Virus record (IMG/VR): IMGVR_UViG_2690316243_000006
DNA: 39,562 nucleotides
Direction: 5' to 3' (one strand)
DNA from: a virus
Taxonomy: Duplodnaviria; Heunggongvirae; Uroviricota; Caudoviricetes
Part shown: piece after piece, positions 18,292 to 27,752 of the stretch
Position numbering within the stretch: position 1 is the stretch's first letter
Layout: each line of letters starts with the position of its first letter
The notes under the pieces: model-generated
The model's input: only the letters and a program-made list of their open reading frames with translations
Told to the model about the DNA's origin: nothing
Database searches by the model: none
Program-made: the position numbers and the translations under genes

Positions 18292-18641
18292 GCGCGAGCC
18301 TTTTTCGCCTGTCTGGCGTTATTGCCGGTCTTTTTCCGGGGAGCATCCTGTCCGGCTTCGGCTAAATCTGCACCGGTCTCTGCATGAACCACACCCGCCA
18401 CGGCTCCCGCATCATCACCAGGCGTCTGTAGTATTCGTACAGTGAGGCATGGCTCCGCTTCCAGTCGGGCAAGCTGCTCCGGGGTGACGTCAACCTGCTG
18501 GCGTCCCCGCATGAACAGGAACCCCGCACGACGAAACTGCGCACGACTGCAACGCACTTCTGCCAGTACCGTGACAGGACTGTCACCACTGACCTGAAGG
18601 CCTGAATCATCTGTTGCTGCCACAGTGTGATGTTCATTCAT
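18288..18641 (-). CDS. Mu gp35-like protein
   Basis: 117 aa directly after the major capsid gene; GGAGGG RBS. Confidence 0.55.
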   Translation of the reverse strand: MNEHHTVAATDDSGLQVSGDSPVTVLAEVRCSRAQFRRAGFLFMRGRQQVDVTPEQLARLEAEPCLTVRILQTPGDDAGAVAGVVHAETGADLAEAGQDAPRKKTGNNARQAKKARA

Positions 18642-18684
18642 ATTTGCCCTCCGCAGGGGCCGGGCCGTAAGCCCGGCTCACCGT

Positions 18685-19632
18685 TTACAGATAATCCGCG
18701 ACAACCAGCTCCAGCTTGCCCTTCATCTCGTTAGAGACGGTGGTGTTACCGTCCGCGAACAGCTCGCGCTCCAGCAGCTGCACCGCCTGTTTTTCCAGCG
18801 AGGTGGGGACAACAATATGGGTGGGTTTGATGCCGAGTTTGCGGCCACCGTCAGCCTTAAAGTCACGCATGGCTGACCAGCCGTGCCACAGCGCATCCAG
18901 CGTCAGCGGTGACTGCATCATGTAGGCCATCTGCCAGAAGCCGTAGCCCACATTGCGACGGGCGGAAGCACCGAACACAAACTCGTTATCAGTAAACGCA
19001 CGGCCTTCATCGACTTTTGTCTGGGCAACCAGTTCGGCCTTGCGGCGATCCTGATAAATCAGCGGTTTTACCGCGCGGGAGCAGTCAAGCAGATACCAGG
19101 CCGGGCCGCTGTAATCCGCCTGTGCACCGACAGAGCCGGTTTTTGCCACAAACATATTGCTGACCATCTGTGCATCACCGGAGCCATCCACTTTGGGGTA
19201 AACAGGGTGTTCGGTATCAAAGAAGTTCTGGCCGTCATAGCAGGCCGCATTCAGACCATCACGCAGTGCAGCAAAGACCAGTTCATCCGGTTGTGCCGCC
19301 GCAGCGCGCCCCATCTCCTGGAACAACGGGGAGTAGATGCCAAGATTGTCGTCTTCAAAGTCATCGCGGCTAATGGCAACGGTGCCTTCAAAGGTTTTGT
19401 TCACGATGGCGTAGCCATAGGCTTTCATCTTCTCGATGACGCGGGAGCCGATCCACTCACGGAACTGCGGGAACTGCCCCAGCCAGCCGTAGGTGTTGGA
19501 TTTCGACGTGGACGGTACGGTCATCGCAATTTTCTGGTACTGAGACGGAGCCATGGACATCCCGGCCTGAAAATCAGAACGGTAGCCCGTCATCAGGGCG
19601 GTGATCATCGCCGGTGTGATCGGGGTAGGCAT
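18685..19632 (-). CDS. Major capsid (head) protein (Mu T-like)
   Basis: 315 aa following the protease/scaffold gene; GC hairpin CCGGGC/GCCCGG just after the stop. Confidence 0.8.
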   Translation of the reverse strand: MPTPITPAMITALMTGYRSDFQAGMSMAPSQYQKIAMTVPSTSKSNTYGWLGQFPQFREWIGSRVIEKMKAYGYAIVNKTFEGTVAISRDDFEDDNLGIYSPLFQEMGRAAAAQPDELVFAALRDGLNAACYDGQNFFDTEHPVYPKVDGSGDAQMVSNMFVAKTGSVGAQADYSGPAWYLLDCSRAVKPLIYQDRRKAELVAQTKVDEGRAFTDNEFVFGASARRNVGYGFWQMAYMMQSPLTLDALWHGWSAMRDFKADGGRKLGIKPTHIVVPTSLEKQAVQLLERELFADGNTTVSNEMKGKLELVVADYL

Positions 19633-20756
19633 TATTGCATTTCCTCTTTCATTTTCAGGAACTCGGCTTCGGTTTTACCCAGCAGATGGGCGGCGGCGAT
19701 ATCTTCAGCCGACAGCGCAGCGGTGGCGGTCTTTTTATCCGGCACGGTTACGGTGTCGGTCTGAAGAGTGGTCAGAGCCGCAACCGGCTGGCGGGCGTCA
19801 AGCTGTGCAGAAAGTGCCGCAACACCAATCTGTTGTCCGAGTCCTTCCATGTATCCGCGTTCGCTTTTGAAAATGCGTCCTTCGGACTCGGCCTTATCCA
19901 GCAACTGCTCCAGCGTGGTGCTGCCGTGTTGTGCCGACAACGCGACATATTCGGTACGCAGGGCGTTATACGTCTCAACGGGCACGTATTTCGTCAGATC
20001 AATAGTGCCGCCAGTTGGTGTGCCTTTTGCGGTTTCCAGCTCTGCCGACAGGCTGGCAACCTGCGTTTTCAGGGTGTCGTGCGCATCCGCACGGGTTTTG
20101 ATCCCGGTAAGGGCAGACAGCGCCGCCGTGCCCAGTTCCGGTGTAAATTCGTCACCGTCGGCCACGGTCAGACCGAGCGCCGTCAGCAACTGGCGTAATT
20201 GCTCATTCATGGAGGTGTCCTTTAAAGGAGGGTTTAAGGCGTTATAAAGGTCATCCGCCGACAGTGCGGCGACAGGATTCATGCCAGTCAGACCGGGGTC
20301 ACCGGTAATAGCCAGCATCCGAAGCTCAACAGGTTCACCGGTGATTTCGTCATAACCAATCACCGGGGAAAACCAGGGAAATTCGTTATTGCGCAGGTGT
20401 TCAATGGCCGGAGGGTTCCAGTCCGGACGCACTTCAAAACCCCGCTCTTCACTGAAGCGGAAGTTTTCCGGTGAGGCCATGACAAAACCGGCAGCCGGTG
20501 CCGGATGCCCCTTAATCAGGGTCTGGTGGTTGTAGTCAATTTTTACCGGCTGATTGAGCGCCACAACCCGGGATACCATGCGCTCAACGGCCGCATGGTT
20601 AATCAGCCAGCCTTCCGCCGGTTTTTCCGGGCGACCGTCACGGGCCTTTACCCGACCGGCTGGCATGATCTGACACCAGTCACCGTCCCCGTCTGCGGAC
20701 AGGCTGATGGCATTCAGAATGGCATAAGCAAGTTTGGGCGTGTTTTTCGTCTTCAT
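19632..20756 (-). CDS. Head protease/scaffold protein (Mu I-like)
   Basis: 374 aa; position between the G-like and capsid genes. Confidence 0.75.
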   Translation of the reverse strand: MKTKNTPKLAYAILNAISLSADGDGDWCQIMPAGRVKARDGRPEKPAEGWLINHAAVERMVSRVVALNQPVKIDYNHQTLIKGHPAPAAGFVMASPENFRFSEERGFEVRPDWNPPAIEHLRNNEFPWFSPVIGYDEITGEPVELRMLAITGDPGLTGMNPVAALSADDLYNALNPPLKDTSMNEQLRQLLTALGLTVADGDEFTPELGTAALSALTGIKTRADAHDTLKTQVASLSAELETAKGTPTGGTIDLTKYVPVETYNALRTEYVALSAQHGSTTLEQLLDKAESEGRIFKSERGYMEGLGQQIGVAALSAQLDARQPVAALTTLQTDTVTVPDKKTATAALSAEDIAAAHLLGKTEAEFLKMKEEMQ

Positions 20757-20933
20757 TCCGGCAGCATAAGCCGGTGTTTTTCGGGGCCGGTTTTGCGGGA
20801 CTTCAGAAAGTGCTGACAGGGGAAAAATGAGAAAGGCGCTTCACGCAGATTTTAAAGCCCGTTAAATACAGGTTAGAAAATCACGACACGCGCCTGAAGA
20901 GGGTAAGGTAATGCGTTTGTATACCTTAAACCA
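20757..20933. other. G-I intergenic spacer near the genome centre; candidate strong gyrase site
   Basis: 177-bp non-coding gap about 48 percent of the way along the prophage; in Mu the strong gyrase site lies in this spacer. Positional inference only. Confidence 0.3.
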
Positions 20934-21407
20934 TTACGGCGTTTCTGTGGCCTTTTTAAAGCGTTTTCTGATTTCGTCCATGATCTCCTGTTCTGCCACC
21001 TGATCAAAGCCCATATACGGACGTGCGCCAATGGCCGCCGGTCCCGGTGGCATACCAGGCAGGCCACCCCACTGATGAATGGCCGCATAAGGTTCATTTG
21101 ATCCAATCAGCGCCCAGGTATCGCCATAATCCGTGGTCAGGCGGCGGGCCAGATCGCCGTTCAGTGTCAGGATTTTGCCGGGCGTGTATCCCTTACGGGT
21201 ACGCCACTTGCGGTAAGGATCTGACCAGTCATGCCAGCGTTCGCCGTCCGGCTCTTTTTCCTGTTCAAACGCCATTTCTGACGATGACAGAAGACTCTCC
21301 GCCACACTGCGGGCCAGGTCTTTTCCGCCGCCCACAAACTGAAGCCGGGCAAACACCCGCTGGAGACGCGTAACGTCAACAACGACAGCGGCATCAATGG
21401 ATGACAT
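20934..21407 (-). CDS. Virion morphogenesis protein (Mu G-like)
   Basis: 157 aa; synteny between the F-like and I-like genes. Confidence 0.7.
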   Translation of the reverse strand: MSSIDAAVVVDVTRLQRVFARLQFVGGGKDLARSVAESLLSSSEMAFEQEKEPDGERWHDWSDPYRKWRTRKGYTPGKILTLNGDLARRLTTDYGDTWALIGSNEPYAAIHQWGGLPGMPPGPAAIGARPYMGFDQVAEQEIMDEIRKRFKKATETP

Positions 21408-21447
21408 ATTGCCTCCGCATAAAGGATGAATATAAAATAAACAGGCG

Positions 21448-21527
21448 GTCAGTGTACGCTTAACTGGTAAAGTCGGTGCCTGCCTCCGGGTGGATCATGT
21501 ATGCGGGTTCGACCCCCGCCACTGACC
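21448..21527 (+). other. tRNA-like structure (perfect acceptor stem and T-arm, no anticodon stem) in the F-G spacer
   Basis: GTCAGTG pairs with CACTGAC (7 bp); T-arm GCGGG TTCGACC CCCGC; U8-A9 and a GG-containing D-loop; no 5-bp anticodon stem can be formed. Confidence 0.35.
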
Positions 21528-21528
21528 G

Positions 21529-22860
21529 TTAATCAATTTGTCCTTCCAGCACCTCAAGCATTCCGCCCCGGATATCCGATTTCAGCTTATCCATATTGAT
21601 AACCCGGTAAGCATTCACAATCACATCCAGTTTGTCGGGCTGACGTTTCAGACTGTACGGTGCATTAACGGCAATCTGCACACTGCCATCCTTATTTTCC
21701 ACGATATACATCAGATTTTTGTGCCGTTTGTCCCACAGCACCGCTTTTGGCTTTGCCAGCATTGCCGGTAAGCGCCCGAAGTCCTCTGGCATCAGGGCGA
21801 TGCCGTCATTCTGATGTTTCACACTGTCTGCATGGAGCACATTTTTACCGCTCATCGCCAGCAGGCGGGCCGGTGGCGTTCCCGTCCGGCTTTCCACTGC
21901 CTGCGCAATGCTTTCAGTCATAAAGCCCAGCGTGCGGATATCGTTACCACCTCGCCGGGTCTGCATGATGTTTTTTGCCCAGATGCGGAACGCCAGCTGC
22001 CGCTCCGGGCTGTTGTTCATCTCCTGAACCACCATTTCCCGTAACGCCGGGCTTTTCACCTCGATCAGTTTGCGGATCAGCGCCTGGTCTGTGCCGAACG
22101 CTGCCGAGCCGGGGTTATATGACCAGCCCACATCCGGTGTCATGGTTCTGGTGCCATCTGAATATGTGGTCACCGGCATTTCTCTGACTTCTCCGGTCTG
22201 TTTATCCACGCCAGCCTCAACATTGCGGGTGGAGAGATGATCCTCACCGGATGAAACGGATAACCCCATTGCATCCAGACGAGCCTGAGACAATGGCCGC
22301 ACACGGCAGCGGCAGTTCCAGCCATTAGGTGGGTAGTGTGTTTTCCAGAACGGATCGTCATAGCGGAATACCAGACCGTTAAGGGCGGAATGCGACGGGC
22401 GGGTACGGCTGTCCATGACCGCCACATACTGCCAGAACGGATGCGTGTCCGTGTTGTTCATCATCTGCGTGTAACGCCCGGCATTGTAAGCCACACGGGT
22501 GTTCACGTTGTAAATCAGCGCCAGACGACGGGGACTGCCCAGTTGCACTTCTTCCGCGTTACCGTCGCTGTCCACCACAATCTGCTTTCCCCACCATCCC
22601 AGCTTTTGCAGGCGTGGCGTCAGCGTGCGGATAAATGCTTTCTGTGAAATTCCCTCATCAATGGCCCGCTGCACTTCGGCCTGTAACGTGGTCACCACAT
22701 CCAGGCGTGCCGCTTTTGCTGCCGTGAATGAGCGGGCATGAACATCCGCGGCTGTTTCGAACCAGTTCCAGCTGATATGCGCCCCTTTGACACGGAAGTA
22801 TGCTACCGCCTCTTTTGAGGGAAGCGTGGCGGCATAACCTAAATCAATCCCCTGTGTCAT
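21529..22860 (-). CDS. Head morphogenesis protein (Mu F-like)
   Basis: 443 aa downstream of the portal gene. Confidence 0.75.
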   Translation of the reverse strand: MTQGIDLGYAATLPSKEAVAYFRVKGAHISWNWFETAADVHARSFTAAKAARLDVVTTLQAEVQRAIDEGISQKAFIRTLTPRLQKLGWWGKQIVVDSDGNAEEVQLGSPRRLALIYNVNTRVAYNAGRYTQMMNNTDTHPFWQYVAVMDSRTRPSHSALNGLVFRYDDPFWKTHYPPNGWNCRCRVRPLSQARLDAMGLSVSSGEDHLSTRNVEAGVDKQTGEVREMPVTTYSDGTRTMTPDVGWSYNPGSAAFGTDQALIRKLIEVKSPALREMVVQEMNNSPERQLAFRIWAKNIMQTRRGGNDIRTLGFMTESIAQAVESRTGTPPARLLAMSGKNVLHADSVKHQNDGIALMPEDFGRLPAMLAKPKAVLWDKRHKNLMYIVENKDGSVQIAVNAPYSLKRQPDKLDVIVNAYRVINMDKLKSDIRGGMLEVLEGQID

Positions 22861-24433
22861 CCAGCATCCCCTTCATTTCCGCAGCAAACATGGCATCACT
22901 GAGCAGCGTCATCAGGCGGGAATCATCCATTTCACGATAAAGGGCAGGCAGGTCTGCCAGCGCATCCGCCAGCCCCCGCGTTCTGATGGCATCAATGACC
23001 GGCTCCAGTACCGGGTCGATGGCCTCCTGTAAGCGGCGGGCAGGCACCGCGTCCCCCATATCATCCAGTTCATCACGCGGCGTGCTTTTCGCTTCCGGCA
23101 GTCTGGCTGACAGCGCCGTCTGCTCTGTTTTTTCCTGTTTTTCCGGTGGTGTTTCCCTGTCGGTCTGAGCCGGTTCATTGCCACTCTGACGGACACGGAA
23201 TATGGCTTCACCGGGCGTGGGCTGCGGAATACCGGTCTGCTCCCGTATCCAGGGATCAGAAATATCCATCCCCGTACTGAGCTGCATCACCGCACTGGTG
23301 ATTTTGGTGATATCACCTGGTTCTTTGGTCTGGAAGCAGATACGTGGCAGACGGCGGATATCAATAGTGTGCGTGGTGTTCAGGGCGTACAGCGGATACA
23401 CCAGATCGCGGTTCAGGGTTGCAGCCAGCTGCCGTAAATCAGAATCCCTGATTTCCCGGCGCACCTCGTTATGCACCTCACCCAGCGAGCGCGCGCCTTT
23501 GTCTCCGGCTTCCGTGGTCAGCGTGCCGCCGAGTATTGCTTTGGAGATGGAACGCTCCCCCCACGAAATCATGGTTTCAAATGGATCGGCCTGACCGTTT
23601 GCTGCCGCCTGAAATTCCAGCGACATCCCGGCCGGGATGATCCCGCCTGTACGTCGCCCGATATCCATCACCGCCCGCATCAGGGCGCTTTTCTGCTCCG
23701 GTGTTGCCCCGGACGGGTATTTCCCGACCTTCATCGGCAGTCCGTACACCTCCAGAAATTCGGCCAGATCGCGCACGGAATAGTTTTTGAAAATGAACGG
23801 CCAGATAAGCGTCCTGACAAGCCCCGTTGCGCCACCGTAACCGGTCCGTGAACGTGACTGATGCACTATCCAGCCAAAAGGCTGAAACGCCACCCCGGCA
23901 TGGCTGCCGTCACGCAGCCGCAGTTCGCTCAAATCATCCGGGTTAAGGCAGAAATGCCCGCTGTCACGCCAGCGGATGGCGCGGATGATGTGCATTTTAC
24001 CGAGCATCCCGTGCTCAATTTCCATGCAGGAATAGCCCTTCAGGATGGCATCCGTGGCGTCAAACAGCATGGCATCAAACCAGTCTGCGGAATGCAGATA
24101 TTCGTCGAGCATTTCCGCGTCCTTTTTCTCATTCGCGCTGGCGTTCGGTGGCGGCTCAATACTCCATGGCACCCCCTGAATGGCAAGACGTCGCTTGCCC
24201 AGCTCCGCAAAAAGGTGGGTGTCCTTTTCTTCAATATCAGCGGCCAGATCGGACTGGGCAATCAGATCGCCACGTTCAGCCCCGCGAAGGCACTGCGCCG
24301 CCCGGTTCGGGGTGATACCCGAAGCCGGATGTTCAATATAACGGCTGGCAATCTGCGGAATATCCAGCGCGGCACTCTGCATCTCCGGGTCAAAGGAGAA
24401 AGGTTTTCCGTCAGTATCAATGATGCGTCCCAC
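22844..24433 (-). CDS. Portal protein (Mu H-like)
   Basis: 529 aa directly after the terminase large subunit gene. Confidence 0.8.
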   Translation of the reverse strand: MGRIIDTDGKPFSFDPEMQSAALDIPQIASRYIEHPASGITPNRAAQCLRGAERGDLIAQSDLAADIEEKDTHLFAELGKRRLAIQGVPWSIEPPPNASANEKKDAEMLDEYLHSADWFDAMLFDATDAILKGYSCMEIEHGMLGKMHIIRAIRWRDSGHFCLNPDDLSELRLRDGSHAGVAFQPFGWIVHQSRSRTGYGGATGLVRTLIWPFIFKNYSVRDLAEFLEVYGLPMKVGKYPSGATPEQKSALMRAVMDIGRRTGGIIPAGMSLEFQAAANGQADPFETMISWGERSISKAILGGTLTTEAGDKGARSLGEVHNEVRREIRDSDLRQLAATLNRDLVYPLYALNTTHTIDIRRLPRICFQTKEPGDITKITSAVMQLSTGMDISDPWIREQTGIPQPTPGEAIFRVRQSGNEPAQTDRETPPEKQEKTEQTALSARLPEAKSTPRDELDDMGDAVPARRLQEAIDPVLEPVIDAIRTRGLADALADLPALYREMDDSRLMTLLSDAMFAAEMKGMLDDTGD

Positions 24434-26100
24434 TACCAGCCCCCCCGATCAAATTCATGATATGCCTCATCGTCATCACGATAACCGCCCTCCATTGCCC
24501 GCGACCGCTCCGGTAGCGCCTGACAGGCTGATTCATCCAGGATGAAGCCCTCCATGTATGACGCCCGGTTTGCCATACAGAGCGCCACGGCAAAATCACC
24601 ATGGCGGCGGGCGTTCGCAGCCGTTGCGTTCTGGTCCTTCGTGCGCCCCTTGTCGATTTGCGGGATACCATTCACTACCTTCACATGGCGCAAATCATCA
24701 AGCGTGGTCTGATGGCGGGCGACGAGGATATTCTGATCTTCAAACTCGGCTTTCAGTTTTGGCATCCACTCGCCGTACCACTTCGGCGACAACATCACGC
24801 AGTCGATGATATCCGGGCCAAAGGCCAGCAGTGCGGCCTCTGCCAGATAGCCGCCGTTACCGGTGGCGTCGAACGCCGCACCGACCAGCGCCGGAACGCG
24901 GGTCAGGATGTACATCATCACCTGTTCCTGCTGGGCATACGGCAGGTTGCGCAGCTCCACGCGAAACACCTCGCGCTTTGCCAGGGATTCGGTGATTTCC
25001 AGCAGCACAAAGCAGGACAGGTCACCGGTGCGGGCAAAGTCTTCCCCGAAGCTGAAGCGGGAACGGGGATTTAATTTCTCTAAAAGCGGTTTTAAATGTT
25101 CTTCACACCAGGTTAAAACTTCCGATTCACGCAGCCATACGGCACGGCTGATGAAGTTGTCCGGGGCTTCAAACGTCAGAATCGGGATGTCGCGGATCAT
25201 CGCCATTTCAATAAGCGCGTGGGGGATATAGGCACCGCCGGATTTTTTCGGGATACAGCCGTATTCCTCGTCGGCATCCTCACGGGTCGGGGCGTTTTTG
25301 TAGAGATCATCACGCCATTTCTGCTCGCTTTCCGGTGACCATTCCTGATCGGTGACGTAACAGATACGACGGTACAGCCCGTCCGCAATGGCATCATCCA
25401 GGGTTATGCGGTGGACGCTGTAATCCTTGCGCCCCTCGCGGGCTTCCTGAATGTACTGATTAAACAGATTATCGACGCCGTTATGCGTGGAGATAATACG
25501 CACGCGCGCGCCCCACATAGTGAGCGCCATTGCCGCCTTGAGAAGCTCATCCAGTGACTCGTGGAACGCGGCTTCATCAATCACCACATCCCCCTGAAGG
25601 CCGCGCAGGTTTGACGGACGGGAAGACAATGCCTGAATTTTGAATCCACTGTTCGGAAAGCGGATCATGTAGGTCAAAATTTCTTCTTTTTTATCCCGAT
25701 CCCAGAATGTCTGCTCATACACATCAGCATCTGCCAGCTGGTTAAAGGCACGGGAGAACAGCGCGCAGGCAGAAATATATTCCAGCGCCATCTCCTGCTT
25801 TGATCCCACATAAAACACATTGCGGCCACCACGACGCTTCGGTTTTGCAGCAGTAATGACGTTACGCCCGGCTTCCGCCCAGGTAAGACCGGTGCGGCGG
25901 GATTTCTCCGCGATGCAGACCTGACTTTCATCTGCAAACCAGCGGGCCTGATAATCCAGAAACACCGGCATATCACCGGGCAAATCAAGGCTGTCCGGCA
26001 CATCCACGCCCAGCAGGGCTTTTTCACCTGACAGATCAATTTTGCGGGGAGGCGTCATTTGCATCAGTGAAGGCGACGTTTCTCTGGCTTTGTTCATCAT
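24433..26100 (-). CDS. Terminase large subunit (Mu gp28-like)
   Basis: 555 aa; position upstream of the portal gene. Confidence 0.8.
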   Translation of the reverse strand: MMNKARETSPSLMQMTPPRKIDLSGEKALLGVDVPDSLDLPGDMPVFLDYQARWFADESQVCIAEKSRRTGLTWAEAGRNVITAAKPKRRGGRNVFYVGSKQEMALEYISACALFSRAFNQLADADVYEQTFWDRDKKEEILTYMIRFPNSGFKIQALSSRPSNLRGLQGDVVIDEAAFHESLDELLKAAMALTMWGARVRIISTHNGVDNLFNQYIQEAREGRKDYSVHRITLDDAIADGLYRRICYVTDQEWSPESEQKWRDDLYKNAPTREDADEEYGCIPKKSGGAYIPHALIEMAMIRDIPILTFEAPDNFISRAVWLRESEVLTWCEEHLKPLLEKLNPRSRFSFGEDFARTGDLSCFVLLEITESLAKREVFRVELRNLPYAQQEQVMMYILTRVPALVGAAFDATGNGGYLAEAALLAFGPDIIDCVMLSPKWYGEWMPKLKAEFEDQNILVARHQTTLDDLRHVKVVNGIPQIDKGRTKDQNATAANARRHGDFAVALCMANRASYMEGFILDESACQALPERSRAMEGGYRDDDEAYHEFDRGGW

Positions 26101-26345
26101 GCTTTACCTGTCAGAATGCTTTTGATTCGGGACTCAAGCTCTTCAGTCATCACGTCCACGCCGCTCAACTCATCAGTGGCAGCCTCTGCCAGCAGCGAAT
26201 GCAGTTGTTCCAGGGATATTTCCCCGGCAATGCTGAGTTCAGTCAACTCACGACATACCTTTATGGTTTCAGGAGGTAACTGTGTTGCAAGACTGAATGC
26301 TTTCTGATGGGCACTGCTCATCAGTGAGCGGTTATCTGTTGCCAT
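26097..26345 (-). CDS. Hypothetical protein (82 aa) whose C-terminus resembles that of the adjacent gp27-like protein
   Basis: C-terminus TDELSGVDVMTEELESRIKSILTGKA versus TDELRGVDGMSEQIEFRIRQMLLGKA in the 193-aa protein. Confidence 0.5.
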   Translation of the reverse strand: MATDNRSLMSSAHQKAFSLATQLPPETIKVCRELTELSIAGEISLEQLHSLLAEAATDELSGVDVMTEELESRIKSILTGKA

Positions 26346-26355
26346 GATTCACCTC

Positions 26356-26937
26356 CTACGCCTTACCCAGCAGCATCTGCCTGATACGGAATTCGATCTG
26401 CTCGCTCATGCCATCCACGCCGCGCAACTCATCGGTGACCGCATTCGCCATCTCTTCAGCAAATGCGGCCCGGATTTCTTTTTCACGCTTAATGCTGCGC
26501 TCGGCGGCACTTTCTGCACGCTGTGCCGACAGGAGGATGTCCTTAATAAGGCGCATATCCACATCGCTGTCGCTGTTCAGGGATTCGGTGGCGGCACGCA
26601 GACGGCGGTACATCAGGGCACGGGACATCTCCAGAATCAGTGCCGTGGTTTCACCGGTCGGCTTATCCCCCAGTTCGGCCATCATGGCTTTTGTCTGCTC
26701 GCGTAAATCACGCAGATTACGGGCAATCAGCTCATTACGGGAGGCTTCCCGGCTGATGGCCGCCGGTGAGAGCTGCTGCTCTTCCGGCAGACCTGCTTCA
26801 CGGATCAGACGGTTGATTTCCTCGCGGATCTGGACCTGCGTCAGACGTTTTTCACGCAGCATTTCCAGCAGCGGCTTACGGATGCTGTCGGGGAGCAAAT
26901 CCACCTTGCGTACACGGCCACGCGTTGGCTTATCCAT
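26356..26937 (-). CDS. Mu gp27-like protein (putative terminase small subunit / DNA-binding)
   Basis: 193 aa immediately upstream of the terminase large subunit gene. Confidence 0.6.
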   Translation of the reverse strand: MDKPTRGRVRKVDLLPDSIRKPLLEMLREKRLTQVQIREEINRLIREAGLPEEQQLSPAAISREASRNELIARNLRDLREQTKAMMAELGDKPTGETTALILEMSRALMYRRLRAATESLNSDSDVDMRLIKDILLSAQRAESAAERSIKREKEIRAAFAEEMANAVTDELRGVDGMSEQIEFRIRQMLLGKA

Positions 26938-26939
26938 CG

Positions 26940-27230
26940 TTACCCCCTTGCGCGTGGTTTCTTCACACCCGGAACGGTGGCGCGGCCTTCCGCCACATCC
27001 TGACCCCGGCCGGTCAGTTCAGCGATGAAATAACCGTTAACAAGCGTGCGCTTACGCACCAGTCCCTGCTCGGCAAGCCAGGCAATGTGGGTATGAACGG
27101 TGTCGCGGGACACGCGGTGACCGTAATCATCCAGGCAGTCCTGAAGCACGGATTCGCCCAGTTCGCCGTTGTAATCCGCCAGCGACCGCAGAATGACAAG
27201 ACGCTGATCTTCAGTAATGAAATCACTCAT
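26940..27230 (-). CDS. Small winged-helix-like protein (Mu gp26 position)
   Basis: 96 aa; VSRDTVHTHIAWLAEQGLVRKR resembles a wHTH recognition helix. Confidence 0.5.
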   Translation of the reverse strand: MSDFITEDQRLVILRSLADYNGELGESVLQDCLDDYGHRVSRDTVHTHIAWLAEQGLVRKRTLVNGYFIAELTGRGQDVAEGRATVPGVKKPRARG

Positions 27231-27534
27231 TGTGTTTTTTCCTTACAGCCTGCTCCAGCAGCAGTTCGTTCTGATGGGAGACGGATTTCAGGGTGGCATT
27301 GGTGGCCTTAAGCTCACCGCGCAGGGTGGTGATTTCGATATTGAGTCTGTTCACCTCCTGCTGCGTGGGCAGGCCGGAAATCCGGCTCTCCACCCGCTCA
27401 ACCCGGTCGGAGAGTTTTTCAAAGGCCTCGCGGGGGACAAAGGTTTTGCGCATCAGCGCCATGAAGATCCCCCCGGCTGTGGCCGTTGCCGACAGGATCG
27501 GCACGACATAATCTTTAACGATGCTGACCCACAT
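27223..27534 (-). CDS. Membrane-anchored protein (Mu gp25 position; lysis-associated candidate)
   Basis: 103 aa; N-terminal hydrophobic segment VVPILSATATAGGIFMALM then a coiled-coil-like region. Confidence 0.5.
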   Translation of the reverse strand: MWVSIVKDYVVPILSATATAGGIFMALMRKTFVPREAFEKLSDRVERVESRISGLPTQQEVNRLNIEITTLRGELKATNATLKSVSHQNELLLEQAVRKKHNE

Positions 27535-27742
27535 GACCGGCCTCCATGATGTTCTGGCAGTTCACACAACGGATGGCATCCGGCACGGCAACCAGACGGG
27601 CAGCCGGAATGTCACCCCCGCAGTCCGCGCATACACGCCTGCCCGGTGTCTCCGCCACCCGGCGCTTACGTGTCAGCCGGTCACAAAGGGCGCGTTCTGT
27701 TGCACGCTCCATGACTGCCTGAGCACAATCTGAATCATCCAT
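27515..27742 (-). CDS. TraR/DksA-family C4 zinc-finger protein (start taken at MDDSD; the ORF extends to 27808)
   Basis: CADCGGDIP...RCVNCQ four-cysteine motif. Confidence 0.6.
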   Translation of the reverse strand: MDDSDCAQAVMERATERALCDRLTRKRRVAETPGRRVCADCGGDIPAARLVAVPDAIRCVNCQNIMEAGHVGQHR

Positions 27743-27752
27743 ACCTTTTTCC

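Noticed and set aside
21448-21527. Calling this a tRNA gene
   Set aside because: Acceptor stem and T-arm are canonical but no 5-bp anticodon stem can be formed and no CCA is encoded; kept as a tRNA-like structure only.
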